A DNA stretch of 63,884 nt, the filler included, from Thraustochytrium aureum (Eukaryota): NCBI GenBank assembly GCA_012862495.1. It is 6 parts of 5 records of this genome, joined end to end, with 100 filler letters (N's around TTAATTAATTAA, not from the genome) between each part and the next. Parts side by side here need not be neighbours in the genome. Positions count along the whole stretch, not along the records: positions 48,790 to 59,711 come from BLSG01000025.1; positions 59,812 to 63,884 come from BLSG01000027.1; 4 more parts are not named here. The stretch is one strand, 5' to 3'. Position numbers and translations under genes: made by a program. Numbering within the stretch: position 1 is the stretch's first letter; each line of letters starts with the position of its first letter. Shown piece after piece: positions 53,773 through 63,884 of the stretch. The notes under the pieces are model-generated. The model made no database searches. It was not told where the DNA came from and worked only from the letters and a program-made list of their open reading frames with translations.

Positions 53773-56392
53773 TCAGGTCATGTCGACCGACTCGCTTGGC
53801 GCCGCCTGAGAGATTTCGCCAGTCGCAGTGTGGAGCCAGAACGACTCGCCCGTCTCTCGGTGAACGTACTCCTCCCAAGGCCCGCGCTCTCCGATCTTGA
53901 ACCCATTTGATATGATAGTTTGCTGTGTCAAGCCGCCGAGCGCGCTGGCCGATGGCGGCGTCGACGGGACTTTGGGCGAGCTGGGACTCTCGGCGGCCCT
54001 CTTGGGATCCTGGGCTCGGCTGTGCTGCTGCAGCTTGGGGCTGCCCTTGGGGCTCGCACCCAATGCCTCCCGATTCAGTGGCGACGCTGCTCCTTCCGCT
54101 TCCGCTGCGCCCCCCGCTTCGGCTGCGCCAACAAGACTATCAGCCTCAGGAAAGGCGGAGAGCGGGCGTATCGTAGACCGCGCCGCCTTGCCGCTCCCCA
54201 GCGCGCTGGTGCTGGCACGGAACAGGACCCTTTCCTCTCGCAAGCCCGGGACCTCTGTGGGCGCGCTGGTGCCTCCACGCTCACTAACGGCACGCCGCGG
54301 CCAAGCCGCCCCGGAGGACATCCCGGGCAAGCCGTCCGCTTCCTGGTATTGGCCCCCCATCCCGCCAGTGCTTGTCCTGAAGATGCCCTTCGGCGGACCC
54401 GACGCAAAAGGCGCCGACGCGGTCTCGTCGTCATAGCGTGAGAAGCTTGTGCGGTTTGAGAACGCTCCGTCGTCCCGAAAGGTAACGCGCGGGGCACTAT
54501 CAGTGTTTGGGCGAGAGTAAAAGTCGTACAGGTCCCGCTCCGCGACATGAGGAGCGTACGAGGTCTTTGACGCCATTGTGGGCTTGGCATTAAACCGCAT
54601 CGAGACACGCTGGGCGTTACCAGAGACGTTGATGACCTCGCGCTGGTCGAGGAAACCCGTGTTGCCTGTGGCAGCAGTTTGACCCGTATTCATCGATGTC
54701 GAAGGCCCGTCGCCATCGCCTGGGCCGCCGGCGTAGCTGCTGCCACCAGCTTGCGATCGCTTTTTCTCCGTCGCGGAGCGCAAGATTTCTTCGCGCGAGA
54801 GATGAAACCGCTCGTACTTGGCCTGGAGCAAGACGAGAAGGCCCACAATAGTACACCAGAACACGCTAAACGTAAACACGAGAATGCGGACCGATTCGGC
54901 GGCCGATTCTGTGACAGCGAGGATGATGTTGAAGACGCCGAACACGAGGATGTTGTTGGTCACGATGAAGATCTGCTTGGACTCGCCGAGCACGCTGCCA
55001 AGGTCCTTGACGCGGCACGCGAAAAAGGCGGTCGCGAGGACGAGAATGACCACGTACACGTATGAGAGGGCGAGAAACACGGCGCCGAGTCCGTCTGATT
55101 CGCACACGTTCGCTTCACGGACGGAGCTGTAGCGCATTACGGGCCCCTCCACAAACGACCAGAGGAGGAGAAGCACGACATCGATGAAGACCAAGGAGGG
55201 CTATCCCCTTAAGGAGGTACTGGTTGGTGATGTGAGACGTCTTGGCCACGGGCGCGTTGAACACGCGCCACACGCGCCAAACCTTGAGCAGCATCACCGA
55301 TAGAGTGAACGTGAAGGCGAGGTCGAACCACCATTTGCGAACTATGCACAGCGCCACGGCCTGGGGCTCGAACGCGCTCGGGAAGATGGACGTGTTGACC
55401 AGCAGAGCGCCGACGCAAATCAGCTTCAGGAACAGCGCCTGGCTGAGCTGGATCACGGGCTTGAACCGGTGAATATGGATGAACACCAGCGCACTTATCG
55501 CGAGCACGATGCCGAGAATGGCCACGTTGGTGGACAAAATGGCGACCCAGCCTATAGCGCTGTCCGAGCCTTGCGTTGGCGCGGCAGCGGGCGCCCCCGT
55601 CGGCTTTGGCGCTGTGGCAACCAGGAGGCAGCTGTTACTTGTCCACTCGCACCCATCCGCAGCTCCGCATTCCGACGCGTTGGCCTGACGGAGGCACCAA
55701 AGGAGCGGGTCGAGGGTGGGGCTCGCTGTCGGCAATGGAGAGGGGCGCATCGAAGGTGACGCTGACGGCGAATCGGTTGGGACGGGCGTCGCCGTTGGCA
55801 CAGGAGCTGGCGTTGGCGATGCAGATGGCCTGCGCGAAGGCGATCTCGACGGCGAGCGGCTCGGCCCCACGCTGGGGCTCCGAGTTGGGGAAAGAGTCGG
55901 AAAGCGCGTCGTCGGAAAGCGCGTCGGCGCGCGCGTCGGCGAGCGAGTGGTCGGGGATGCCGACGGCCGTCGCGAGGGCGAGCGCGACGGGCCGGTGGTT
56001 GGCGCGAGAGTTGGCTCGACGACGTTGATGTCGCAATCCTTTCGAATTGTTGGAAGAGGGTCGCTGCCAAAAAACTCGTTCGAGCACAGGAATCGCGTGC
56101 CCTGAGGGATGAACGTCGACCAGACGTATCTGTTTCTTATCCCGTATCGAATGTAGCCATCTCGTGCCATCACGCACTCGACGCGCTCAACGCAGCGCTC
56201 GCCATTCTCCAAGAGAAAACTCTCGTACCGAAGCGTCTCGGCATACTCTGGAGTTCCAATGATTTGCAGCTGCCGGGGCGGTGGGCTCGCGGCCACGGCG
56301 GCGGCGGCAAGGACTGCCGCAAATAGCCACGTTAGGGTGCGCTGGCGTGGCGCGCTGGCCCTCGCGGCGCGGCGCCGCGTTGTGACTGCCAT
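53773..56392 (-). CDS. Class C (GABA-B-like, 7tm_3) GPCR with a small Cys ectodomain, PT/PS stalk and C-terminal WW-like domain (indel near 55195)
   Basis: Signal peptide; IRYG...CSNEFFGSDP...KDC; SPT repeats; PVIQLSQALFLKLIC, LLKVWRVWRVF, ESKQI; tail WEEYVHRETGESFWLHTATGEIS. Confidence 0.85.
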
Positions 56393-57125
56393 TCCCTGCG
56401 CTCCCTGGCAACCGCACGCACACAACTCCAGGGCCTCTCTGGCGCCAAGCCGTCAGTCCCAGCCTCTGGCCCGAAGTCTGAGCTGCCGCAGCGGGTGCGC
56501 ACGGGCCGGGTCGCTCGCCCTCCGCAAAGTGCACGGGTTTCTCGTCCCCGATGGACTGACTGACAGGCTGACTTGACTGATGGATGGATGATGGATGCTC
56601 ACTGGTCGAACTTTGCTCTTTCTTCGTTACTATTCCTTTTGATCCTTGCTTTCTTTGTGCGTCACACTGGCTGTGCACCTGCCAGCCTGAGATCGCACGT
56701 GAGTGACAGTCAGCGCTGCTCGCTCGGATCTCCGACCAAGCGCAAGCCAAAGTCCCAGGCGTCGCATGCGGCGTCGGGTTCTTCTGGCTAACTCTCTTAG
56801 AGAGCTCGATGCGCCTGGCCGAACCCGATTTGGTCGTGCTGGTCGCTGCCGCCGCGCCGCTCGCGAAGCGCTTCCTGAAGAGACTAAGAGCGGGATCAGC
56901 CCTTGGTTTGAGCAGCGCGGGTATGGCGTCCCTTGGCCAGCTAGTACGGACGTTCGTCCGGAGGCTTTTTTGGGCCTGCCTGCCATGCCTCGCACCTTGC
57001 AGAATTGGCTCCGCAAGCGGGCCTTCCCCACTGGCTGCCTGGCTCGGCGCCGCCTTTGAAAGAAACCAATGAAAACGTGCACTTGCGCTGCCGCGGCCAG
57101 TGGAGATGATGTGCTCTGCTGCTAC

Positions 57126-58406
57126 TCACTTGTAGTCAGCTGCTGTCATGTACAGGACTTTGTTCCTGCCGTCGATAGGCAAGAAGGTCTGCCGCATCCC
57201 CGAGTGGTGGCCCCGAAGCCAATCGATCAGCTGGTTGAGCGACTCGACCGTGTTGCCATCGACTGTGCGGCGCTCAGGAAAGTCGCGCGTGAAAACACAG
57301 CACGGAACCACAGCAAAGGGACGCTTGTAGCGCACTGCCATCTCAACAATGGCCCCTGTTGCCTGGTCCGGGTGCATACCGATAACCAGTCCAGCCCCCG
57401 CCAAAAGGCGCTCCTGCGCTGGGTCCGCCACAAAGGCGTCGTCCAGCGTCGTGTGCAAAAAGGTGGGCGCCTGCAAGCCCATCTGTTCGAGCGTCTTGCG
57501 GTTGCGCTTGGAAACTAGCGTGCGCCGCCGGAACGGGTCGATCACCGTCGTCCTAAGCGACTTTGATCCCGTGCGCTGCAGCAGTTCAATGCAATTCAGT
57601 CCCTTACCGCCAGCGACGTCCACGACCCCCGTGCCGGACTCTAGCGTGTCGAGGCCAAACGTAGCGAGAAGCCAGTCGGCGAACGTGCCCGCGCGGAGGC
57701 GCTTGCTTTTCAAGTCAGACTGGGGGTGCCCGTCCTGGTACTCGGAGCCCTCTTGCTCTGACGCCACGCGCACGCGCTCCCTCTGCTCGCGCAGCCGCTC
57801 AATCCGAGCGTCCTCCGAGGGCCCCAGCGACGCGTGGCGAAACTTGCACTTTTCGTGTTACATTCGCGCTCGTACAACCAAACCTTGCACAGCGGCGCCG
57901 CGCTGCGAGAAGGCTTGGGGCGGCCGCCTCGGCGGCACATTCTCGGCGCTTCTCGGCGGTGCGCGCTCGCTTTGCACGGGGGCTTCGACGTTCTCAGGGG
58001 CTTGCTCGGCTCGCTCGACGAGCTCCCAGCCGCATCCAGTAAAGATGTCTCTGTCAGAGAGTCCGTTGATGGCTTCGGTTTGCCTTACCCAGGCCAAGTC
58101 CACTCGGCCCAGGTCCCCCACGCGCACGTCGTGCCTGTGGGAGGGAAACCGTGCGGCGCTCGTCCAGGTCTGGATTCGCATCACCACTTCTATCTGCCGC
58201 CCGACTAGAGCGGCGGCGTCTGCCTCGCTCACCTCTGTGGCGTCGGCCGGGGTTTCGAGCGGCGCTCTGGCCTCGCCGAGCTCGAGTGCCCGCTTCACGC
58301 TCAAGTCAGTGAACCGCAGCCGCTTCCCCATCGCCCGCGTGCGGACCACGACACCCTCAACCCGAGCGGCAGCGCGCGGCGCTCTGACCGCATCTCGGCC
58401 CTCCAT
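57126..58406 (-). CDS. OB-fold + CCCH zinc finger + SAM-dependent (Trm44-like, putative RNA) methyltransferase (indels near 57850-57900)
   Basis: GVVVRTRAMGKRLRFTDL; LCKVWL...C...CKFRH across frames; VVDVAGGKG, GMHPDQAT, FAVVPCCVF. Confidence 0.8.
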
Positions 58407-58422
58407 GGACGAGGTCGGTTCG

Positions 58423-58527
58423 CCGTCGAGCAACAGCACCGTCGAGCAACAGCACCGTCGAGCAACAGCACCGTCGAGCAACAGCACCGTCGAGCAACAG
58501 CACCGTCGAGCAACAGCACCGTCGAGC
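58423..58527. repeat. Perfect 16-bp minisatellite (CCGTCGAGCAACAGCA) x6.5
   Basis: Identical head-to-tail units with no spacers. Confidence 0.95.
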
Positions 58528-59532
58528 GCTTGAGGAGCAACAGCGCCCAACGAGGCGAGGCGCCCAACGAGGCGAGGCGCGCCACGCCGCTCGCGTGCTC
58601 TTTGGAAGCCAGCCATTTCACACGCGGGACGCCAGCCTCGTGGATTCCTCTCGCGCGCAGATCGCTCTGTTCTGCTCGCCGAGTGTGAGGGGCCAAAAAC
58701 CGACTCGTACTCACTTGTGCTCACTCGTTCTTGATCTTGATCAATCGAAAGAGTACCAACTCCAAGTCGCCGAATTGCGACGAGCTAGCGCAAGCCTCGC
58801 TCCGCGCGCAGGCAACCGCGCTCTCCCGGCGCCATGGCAGCGTCAAAGTGCTTGACAACGCCTGCGCCAGACATTGCGATGGGTCCCAACCCGTCTGCTG
58901 CGAGCACAACGCGACATCGATTCGGAGCCAACAAGGCCTGCCTGTCAGGATGGGCAACGCCATCGAACACTCACGGGCAGGGCAATCAAGTGCCTTGAGC
59001 GTTGGCCGGACAACAACGCCACTTTCTCAGGGATTGCTTGGCCGGGATCACTGCCGACCTTTAGCACCCAGCTTGCACCGTTTTCGAGAACTGCAAGGCT
59101 GGTCCATGCCATCGCCCTGAACAGCTCATCCGAGGCATGCCACGATCCCACGATCGGAATCCTTCAGTTTGTAGCTGGGTCAACGCCAGCCTGCAATGCA
59201 AGACGGTTTTCTTGGTCAAAAGAGTGCGCCTCAGGTCAAAGAGGACACGCTGTAAGCTCGACACCTCTAGCGTCAACGCGCTGGCCAGCGGTCGCTGCAA
59301 CGCACGACACTCGCTCAGAGTGCAGCTAGTTTCCTCTGGTGGTCCACGCACTTCGGGACTGAGTGCAACTTAAGGTCGAGCTCTGGAGCTTGTTTGCATG
59401 TTTCGAGGCTGGGTCCTGGGACAAGGTGCCCAACCAGCAATTCACGCGTTTCGACATCGGCCAACCGCGCTCAATTGCTGCGCTGAGGTCACGGTTAGTC
59501 GTGAGAGAGGACCTGGACAAGACGCAGGGCAG

Positions 59533-59626
59533 AGTCGCTGACCTGAGTCGCTGCCCTGAGTCGCTGACCTCAGTCGCTGACCTGAGTCGCTGACCTCAGT
59601 CGCTGACCTCAGTCGCTGACCTGAGT
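59533..59626. repeat. 13-bp minisatellite (AGTCGCTGACCTS) x7
   Basis: Read directly; one internal A>C variant, last base G or C. Confidence 0.95.
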
Positions 59627-59711
59627 GCGAGCCTGCCAGCTTCCCGCGGCTCAGCGAGCAATCCCATATCTCGAGAATGGGATCCCAGCTCGATCTCACG
59701 TCAGCCACAAC

Positions 59712-59811
59712 NNNNNNNNNNNNNNNNNNNNNNNNNNNNNNNNNNNNNNNNNNNNTTAATTAATTAANNNNNNNNNNNNNNNNNNNNNNNNNNNNNNNNN
59801 NNNNNNNNNNN
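59712..59811. other. Artificial scaffold linker
   Basis: N44-TTAATTAATTAA-N44. Confidence 0.97.
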
Positions 59812-62800
59812 ACAGCCAATCGAACCTGTTATCTGCACATTAAACATATAAAAAGAACAAAATGAAGCTGTTAACCCTTGTCTGTCAATTGAATAAGGTG
59901 TAGGTTTCCGTTCACGTAAATTATACTGTGAAGTGCTTGCTCAGGCACACTTCGCTTCGAATGCGGCATTGAAGACGAGATGGGACACCATAAGCGCTTC
60001 CGGTTTGCTTTGATGTATGTTCGATGGGATAGAAGTTTGCTTTTTCCCCATGCAGGCGCCAGTATTCATGCCCACCCAAATATATCTTGGGAATTTGACG
60101 GCAAACCAAGCACTATCGACTTTGAGCAAAATCTGCTCCGCTCGTGTCATCTCAGGGCTAGCGAGGCGACTCATACGTATAGACCAATGTATAAGCTCGG
60201 CGTATGACGAGTTTGAGAACCTGTATGCAAAGGCCTGCAGCGCCACACAACCTCGCGTCGGGGCTTAAAATTTTNNNNNNNNNNNNNNNNNNNNNNNNNN
60301 NNNNNNNNNNNNNNNNNNNNNNNNNNNNNNNNNNNNNNNNNNNNGAATTTTGGTGTTCCCGGTTTGCAGACGATGCAAATTCTAAATGGTCGACTCTGGC
60401 GCAATGAGCAGCTGCACATAGTCACAGGATAACCTAATGGGTTGTTTGCCGAGAGATGGCTGAGCAATGTCTTAGTGTTAGCTCGTAATTTTTGCTCGCG
60501 GCTCTAGATGGTGGGCTCGTGACTCTGTGTGTTGAGCACCTTCGTTGCGAACGGTTTAGCGAGGTCCAGCTTGCCATCTTTTTTGCTCATTCTCATGAGC
60601 TGCCCGGCCTCCTCCATAGCCGCAAAGTTACGCTGCTCCTTGAGCCGTTGCATGGTCAATTTAAGCCAGTCGTTGACTGTCTTCGTGGTTATTTGGCCCT
60701 GGTGGAAAACCCATGCGCGCACTGCGGCTTCAGGGTGAATTTTCGTGGGACCAGGAGAGGGCGGGGAAGAAACACCAAGGCTAACCTGCTCTGTAGCCAG
60801 ATACGGTGGTGAATGTGAGGTGGACGAGAGAGGAACGGCACGTGGAACATGCGGATTGACGTCGAGCTGGTCGTTCAAAATCGGTGAACTCACTCCCCGG
60901 ATGGCAACCCCAGCATGGTACCAGTTTGGCGTCCGTCCCCGGGAGGCGGTAGGGGTATTGGCTTGGAGGACTTGCTCAACAATTGAGCTTTCGAGCGCAG
61001 AACTGTCACACCCGCGTGCGCTTGGCAGTTTGAACGCCGACTTGGCAATTGAAACATCATCCAGTGGGATGCCGAATTCGTCGCGCTCGGCCTTGTCGAT
61101 GGCCGTCACTATCTCTAGGCTTTTTGCTGTGTCCACTCGAATTTGGGCAAGAGCTTGGCGTCGATCCTCCTCGCTCATAGACTCAAGGGGAATGCTCGCG
61201 CTCTTCTTCGTAAGCAGCTCCGAAATCGTGCCCTCTTCTGCCGCAAGCTTGCGTTTCGATGTCTCTTCCCACGTTTGCAGTTTGGCCTTCCTCCTTTCCG
61301 CGTCTTCGTGGGCCTCGATCTTGCGTTTTTTAAACTCCAGATCGAGCTCGACTTGGAGCTCCACTATGCGCCTTTTGATCTCGCTGTCAAGCTCCAACCT
61401 TCGCTGCTCGAACTCTCTGTCGATCATGAGATTTAGCTTGTCCACATCGCGGTCTACCTTGGCGCCCTCCTCCGTCACAGTTTTGGCAATCCGCTCTCGG
61501 TATTTCGGGAACTGGTCCTTGTACCACAACGCTGTAGCGCGAATCTCGCGACGCGTCTCGCGGCACTCCTCTAGAGTTCCGGACGACTTGATGACCGCGG
61601 CTCTGCCGAGGTTTGGGCCGTGTGCGTCGATCCTCTCGCTAATTGACGTCCAGTTCGAATATTGCGTGCTTGCAGCACCGGAGGCGCCCTCGTCGCAGCT
61701 GTCGCGAGACCCTGGAGGTTGAGGCGGCGGGTCGTGAGGCACCAGATCGATCGATGAGACACGCTGAACCTCGCTTAGGGCTCGCGCGTATCTGAAAGGA
61801 CGCTCTGTGGAGTTGAACTGAAGCGTGTTTTGCTTGAGAACGCCGTCATTGAGATGAATGATGCGAGTAAATGGCACAATTCCGGTCGCACGCATGGATT
61901 TCCTCAGGACAGCACTTGACATGGCGTCGACGAGCGCCGCGCCAGCGGCTTTGAGCGTATTTGCCCTGTCTAGTTTCTTCCCTTCCCGCACAAGCGCCCT
62001 TTTGAGCGACTTGAACTTGGACGAGAAAGGGCCAAAAAGAGCCACATCCGGGCCCTGCATAACGCTGGTGCAATTTGGCAGCCACATTGACACGATAATC
62101 CCGAGACTGTCCAGAGAATTGACGAACTGGGGCGACAGTCTGCTGGGGTGAAAGTCGAGGAAAAGTACCACCTTGGTTTTGGGGTCGTCAGGCGAGAGGT
62201 CTGGGAACTTGACCTTGAGGATACCGTTGACGATCAGGTCGCAAATGTTCGATTGTTCAACGCTACCGTTGGGCGAGACAGCCACAATGGGCTCGTGATT
62301 TGGGACGCCAAGATCGCGCATATCTGGCGCGTGAGTTTTTAACTCGTCGAGCAGTCGCTTCGGCACCGCGCGAGTCGAGCTCTTGGACGGAAACACCCAG
62401 CCGATTGGAAGAGCGTCCAATGCTGCCGTATGCCCAACGATCATCGTGATGTGCTTCTCGTATTGCTTTGGTGCGACGACTCGACGTGCTTTTGCGACCT
62501 CGCGCGACTTGGAGTCGAACCCAATTCCTTTCAGCGCAGGCTGCCGGCCGCGGCGCAAGAGTGCCTTGCCGTCGTGATCAGCAATGCTCGTCTCATCCAA
62601 GACGCATACACGGTTTGGGAACTTCCAAATCAACTCTGGCACTTCTTCCCCTGAATCGCGGCTCCAGTCAGGATTGATCTCTGCAACGCCCTCTCTCGCG
62701 AACCTGCGTTTGTTCGAGTCGTACCAAAACTCTATGTTGTCCGCGATATACCACCGCGCCATCTCAGCCTTCATGCCTCGACCACGCGCCATCCCAATTC

Positions 62801-63884
62801 GTGGGTCGCGCTGCTCAGCTCGCTTCATAAAGCCAAGGTACCACTGTTGCGATAGACCTTTTTGCATACGCTCTTGCAAGACTGGGTCCTCGTCCGTGAC
62901 GAACGTTCTGGCGGCTTTAATGAGCGTGACGTCATCCAACCCAGCATTGATCTCAAGCAACTTCACCATGTATTCGCGCAAAACTCGCTCTTGATCATCA
63001 TTGAGGATGGACCTGCGTCCTGTGCCCGAGGATGTCCTTCCCGTCGCCCGCCTGAAGATTGTCATGGGCGTGATGTTGGTGCCTGTATCCTGCAAAGTCC
63101 GTGCCACCTTGGCGTTTGTGCCAAAGGACTCGCGGAGGAATTGGACGAGTGCGTTGGACTCGATGGCCGTCCGCGCTTGCTTGATTTTGACACGGTTTGC
63201 CTCATTCCGCTGAAGGCGGGATTGAAGGTCTTCTTTCTTGCGCTCGTATTGCTCCTCCTCGTCCTTCCTGTCCTCCAACGTCGTCAGGAGATGCTCGAGC
63301 TTGTTCCGGAGCCTCTTGTTCTTTTGTTGTCGCCCGTCCAGCGCTTTCAGCCCGTCACCAGCCACTTGCGCCGCGAGAAGCAGCTTGACCGCAAAGTCGA
63401 TACAGGCGTCGTTTGCCTCTTTCTTGCACAAGTTGGGCTTGTTCTTCTTGAGCCAGGCGAAACGGCTGCGCACGACCAGGTGCAAGTGCGACCTGGTCTG
63501 GGATTCCCCTGCCCGAGCAACATACGCAAACCCGTCGCTCGCCACAGACGCGACGACCCTCTCGTAGCCGTTATGAATCACCAGCGCATCGCGCAGTGCT
63601 TCCTCCACACGCTCCAGCACCTTCTTGATGGTGTCCTCGGCTGCTTCCTGCGCCTTTGCCATGGCTGCGGTTCTCTGACTCCGGGGTCTGCAACCCAAGC
63701 TCTCTGGTCTGGACGTCGGTCAGGCTGGGTTAAGGGTTGCCCTCTATTTTCTAGGGTTTTGTATTGACAGGTCCTCTATATTCAGACACAAAAGAATGTC
63801 AAAATGTGAACAGCTTTCCCCAAGGTGGCAGGCCTATTTACAAGGTGTAAAATTTGCGAGGATAACAGGTTCGATTGGCTGTGG
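59812..63884 (-). mobile_element. pogo-superfamily DNA transposon occupying the whole scaffold
   Basis: Perfect 22-bp inverted repeats at 59812-59833 (ACAGCCAATCGAACCTGTTATC) and 63861-63882 around a DDD transposase; visibly lower GC than host genes. Confidence 0.9.
60504..63662 (-). CDS. pogo/Fot1-like transposase (CENP-B/Tc5 HTH + DDE-1, DD35D), uninterrupted, about 1052 aa
   Basis: GRRSILNDDQERVL...SQQWYLGFMKR; VLDETS; LFLDFHPSR; LPNCTSVMQGPDVALFGPF, with 35 residues between the second and third Asp. Confidence 0.9.
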   Translation of the reverse strand: MAKAQEAAEDTIKKVLERVEEALRDALVIHNGYERVVASVASDGFAYVARAGESQTRSHLHLVVRSRFAWLKKNKPNLCKKEANDACIDFAVKLLLAAQVAGDGLKALDGRQQKNKRLRNKLEHLLTTLEDRKDEEEQYERKKEDLQSRLQRNEANRVKIKQARTAIESNALVQFLRESFGTNAKVARTLQDTGTNITPMTIFRRATGRTSSGTGRRSILNDDQERVLREYMVKLLEINAGLDDVTLIKAARTFVTDEDPVLQERMQKGLSQQWYLGFMKRAEQRDPRIGMARGRGMKAEMARWYIADNIEFWYDSNKRRFAREGVAEINPDWSRDSGEEVPELIWKFPNRVCVLDETSIADHDGKALLRRGRQPALKGIGFDSKSREVAKARRVVAPKQYEKHITMIVGHTAALDALPIGWVFPSKSSTRAVPKRLLDELKTHAPDMRDLGVPNHEPIVAVSPNGSVEQSNICDLIVNGILKVKFPDLSPDDPKTKVVLFLDFHPSRLSPQFVNSLDSLGIIVSMWLPNCTSVMQGPDVALFGPFSSKFKSLKRALVREGKKLDRANTLKAAGAALVDAMSSAVLRKSMRATGIVPFTRIIHLNDGVLKQNTLQFNSTERPFRYARALSEVQRVSSIDLVPHDPPPQPPGSRDSCDEGASGAASTQYSNWTSISERIDAHGPNLGRAAVIKSSGTLEECRETRREIRATALWYKDQFPKYRERIAKTVTEEGAKVDRDVDKLNLMIDREFEQRRLELDSEIKRRIVELQVELDLEFKKRKIEAHEDAERRKAKLQTWEETSKRKLAAEEGTISELLTKKSASIPLESMSEEDRRQALAQIRVDTAKSLEIVTAIDKAERDEFGIPLDDVSIAKSAFKLPSARGCDSSALESSIVEQVLQANTPTASRGRTPNWYHAGVAIRGVSSPILNDQLDVNPHVPRAVPLSSTSHSPPYLATEQVSLGVSSPPSPGPTKIHPEAAVRAWVFHQGQITTKTVNDWLKLTMQRLKEQRNFAAMEEAGQLMRMSKKDGKLDLAKPFATKVLNTQSHEPTI

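Noticed and set aside
18150..55210. Programmed frameshifting or RNA editing as the cause of broken host genes (18162, 24180, 26600, 46045, 51349, 55195)
   Set aside because: No shared slippery motif or GT-AG micro-intron at the sites examined, and some lie in homopolymers or repeats; sequencing or assembly indels are simpler. Read data would settle it.
58423..59626. 16-bp and 13-bp repeats as CRISPR arrays
   Set aside because: Head-to-tail units with no unique spacers, no cas genes, eukaryotic context.

Overview
GC-rich, nearly intron-free eukaryotic DNA, probably a stramenopile: it carries a Sig/Ocm-type mastigoneme EGF gene, and a labyrinthulomycete/Bigyra-like host is my inference. The window is six unrelated scaffolds joined by artificial 100-nt linkers (N44-TTAATTAATTAA-N44), so adjacency across linkers means nothing. 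Single-base indels break several ordinary host genes, so some frameshifts are assembly errors. Scaffold 1 (1-14439): SulP transporter, a giant protein with at least 9 NCS/recoverin-like EF-hand modules, a Na+/solute symporter and a DNAJC7-like gene. Scaffold 2 (14540-27863): TIR/HET-like-TPR protein, a bacterial-type beta-class N4C/N6A DNA methyltransferase, a CREST/ceramidase, a PTEN-like/C2-UIM-RING gene, a WW protein and an FG-GAP protein. Scaffold 3 (27964-41495): a decayed large-DNA-virus segment (VLTF3, dNMP kinase, sulfatase, a DVNP-like protein, many ORFans). Scaffold 4 (41596-48689) holds the strongest candidate for an undescribed system: a superoxide-reductase (SOR) iron domain fused to a heme DOMON domain and a cytochrome b561, i.e. 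a predicted self-contained transmembrane electron wire to an extracytosolic SOR. Scaffold 5 (48790-59711): mastigoneme-type EGF protein, NPF/PH adaptor, class C GPCR with a WW tail, and an OB-CCCH-methyltransferase. Scaffold 6 (59812-63884): one pogo-type DD35D transposon bounded by 22-bp inverted repeats. All family calls are by eye from motifs; no searches were run.
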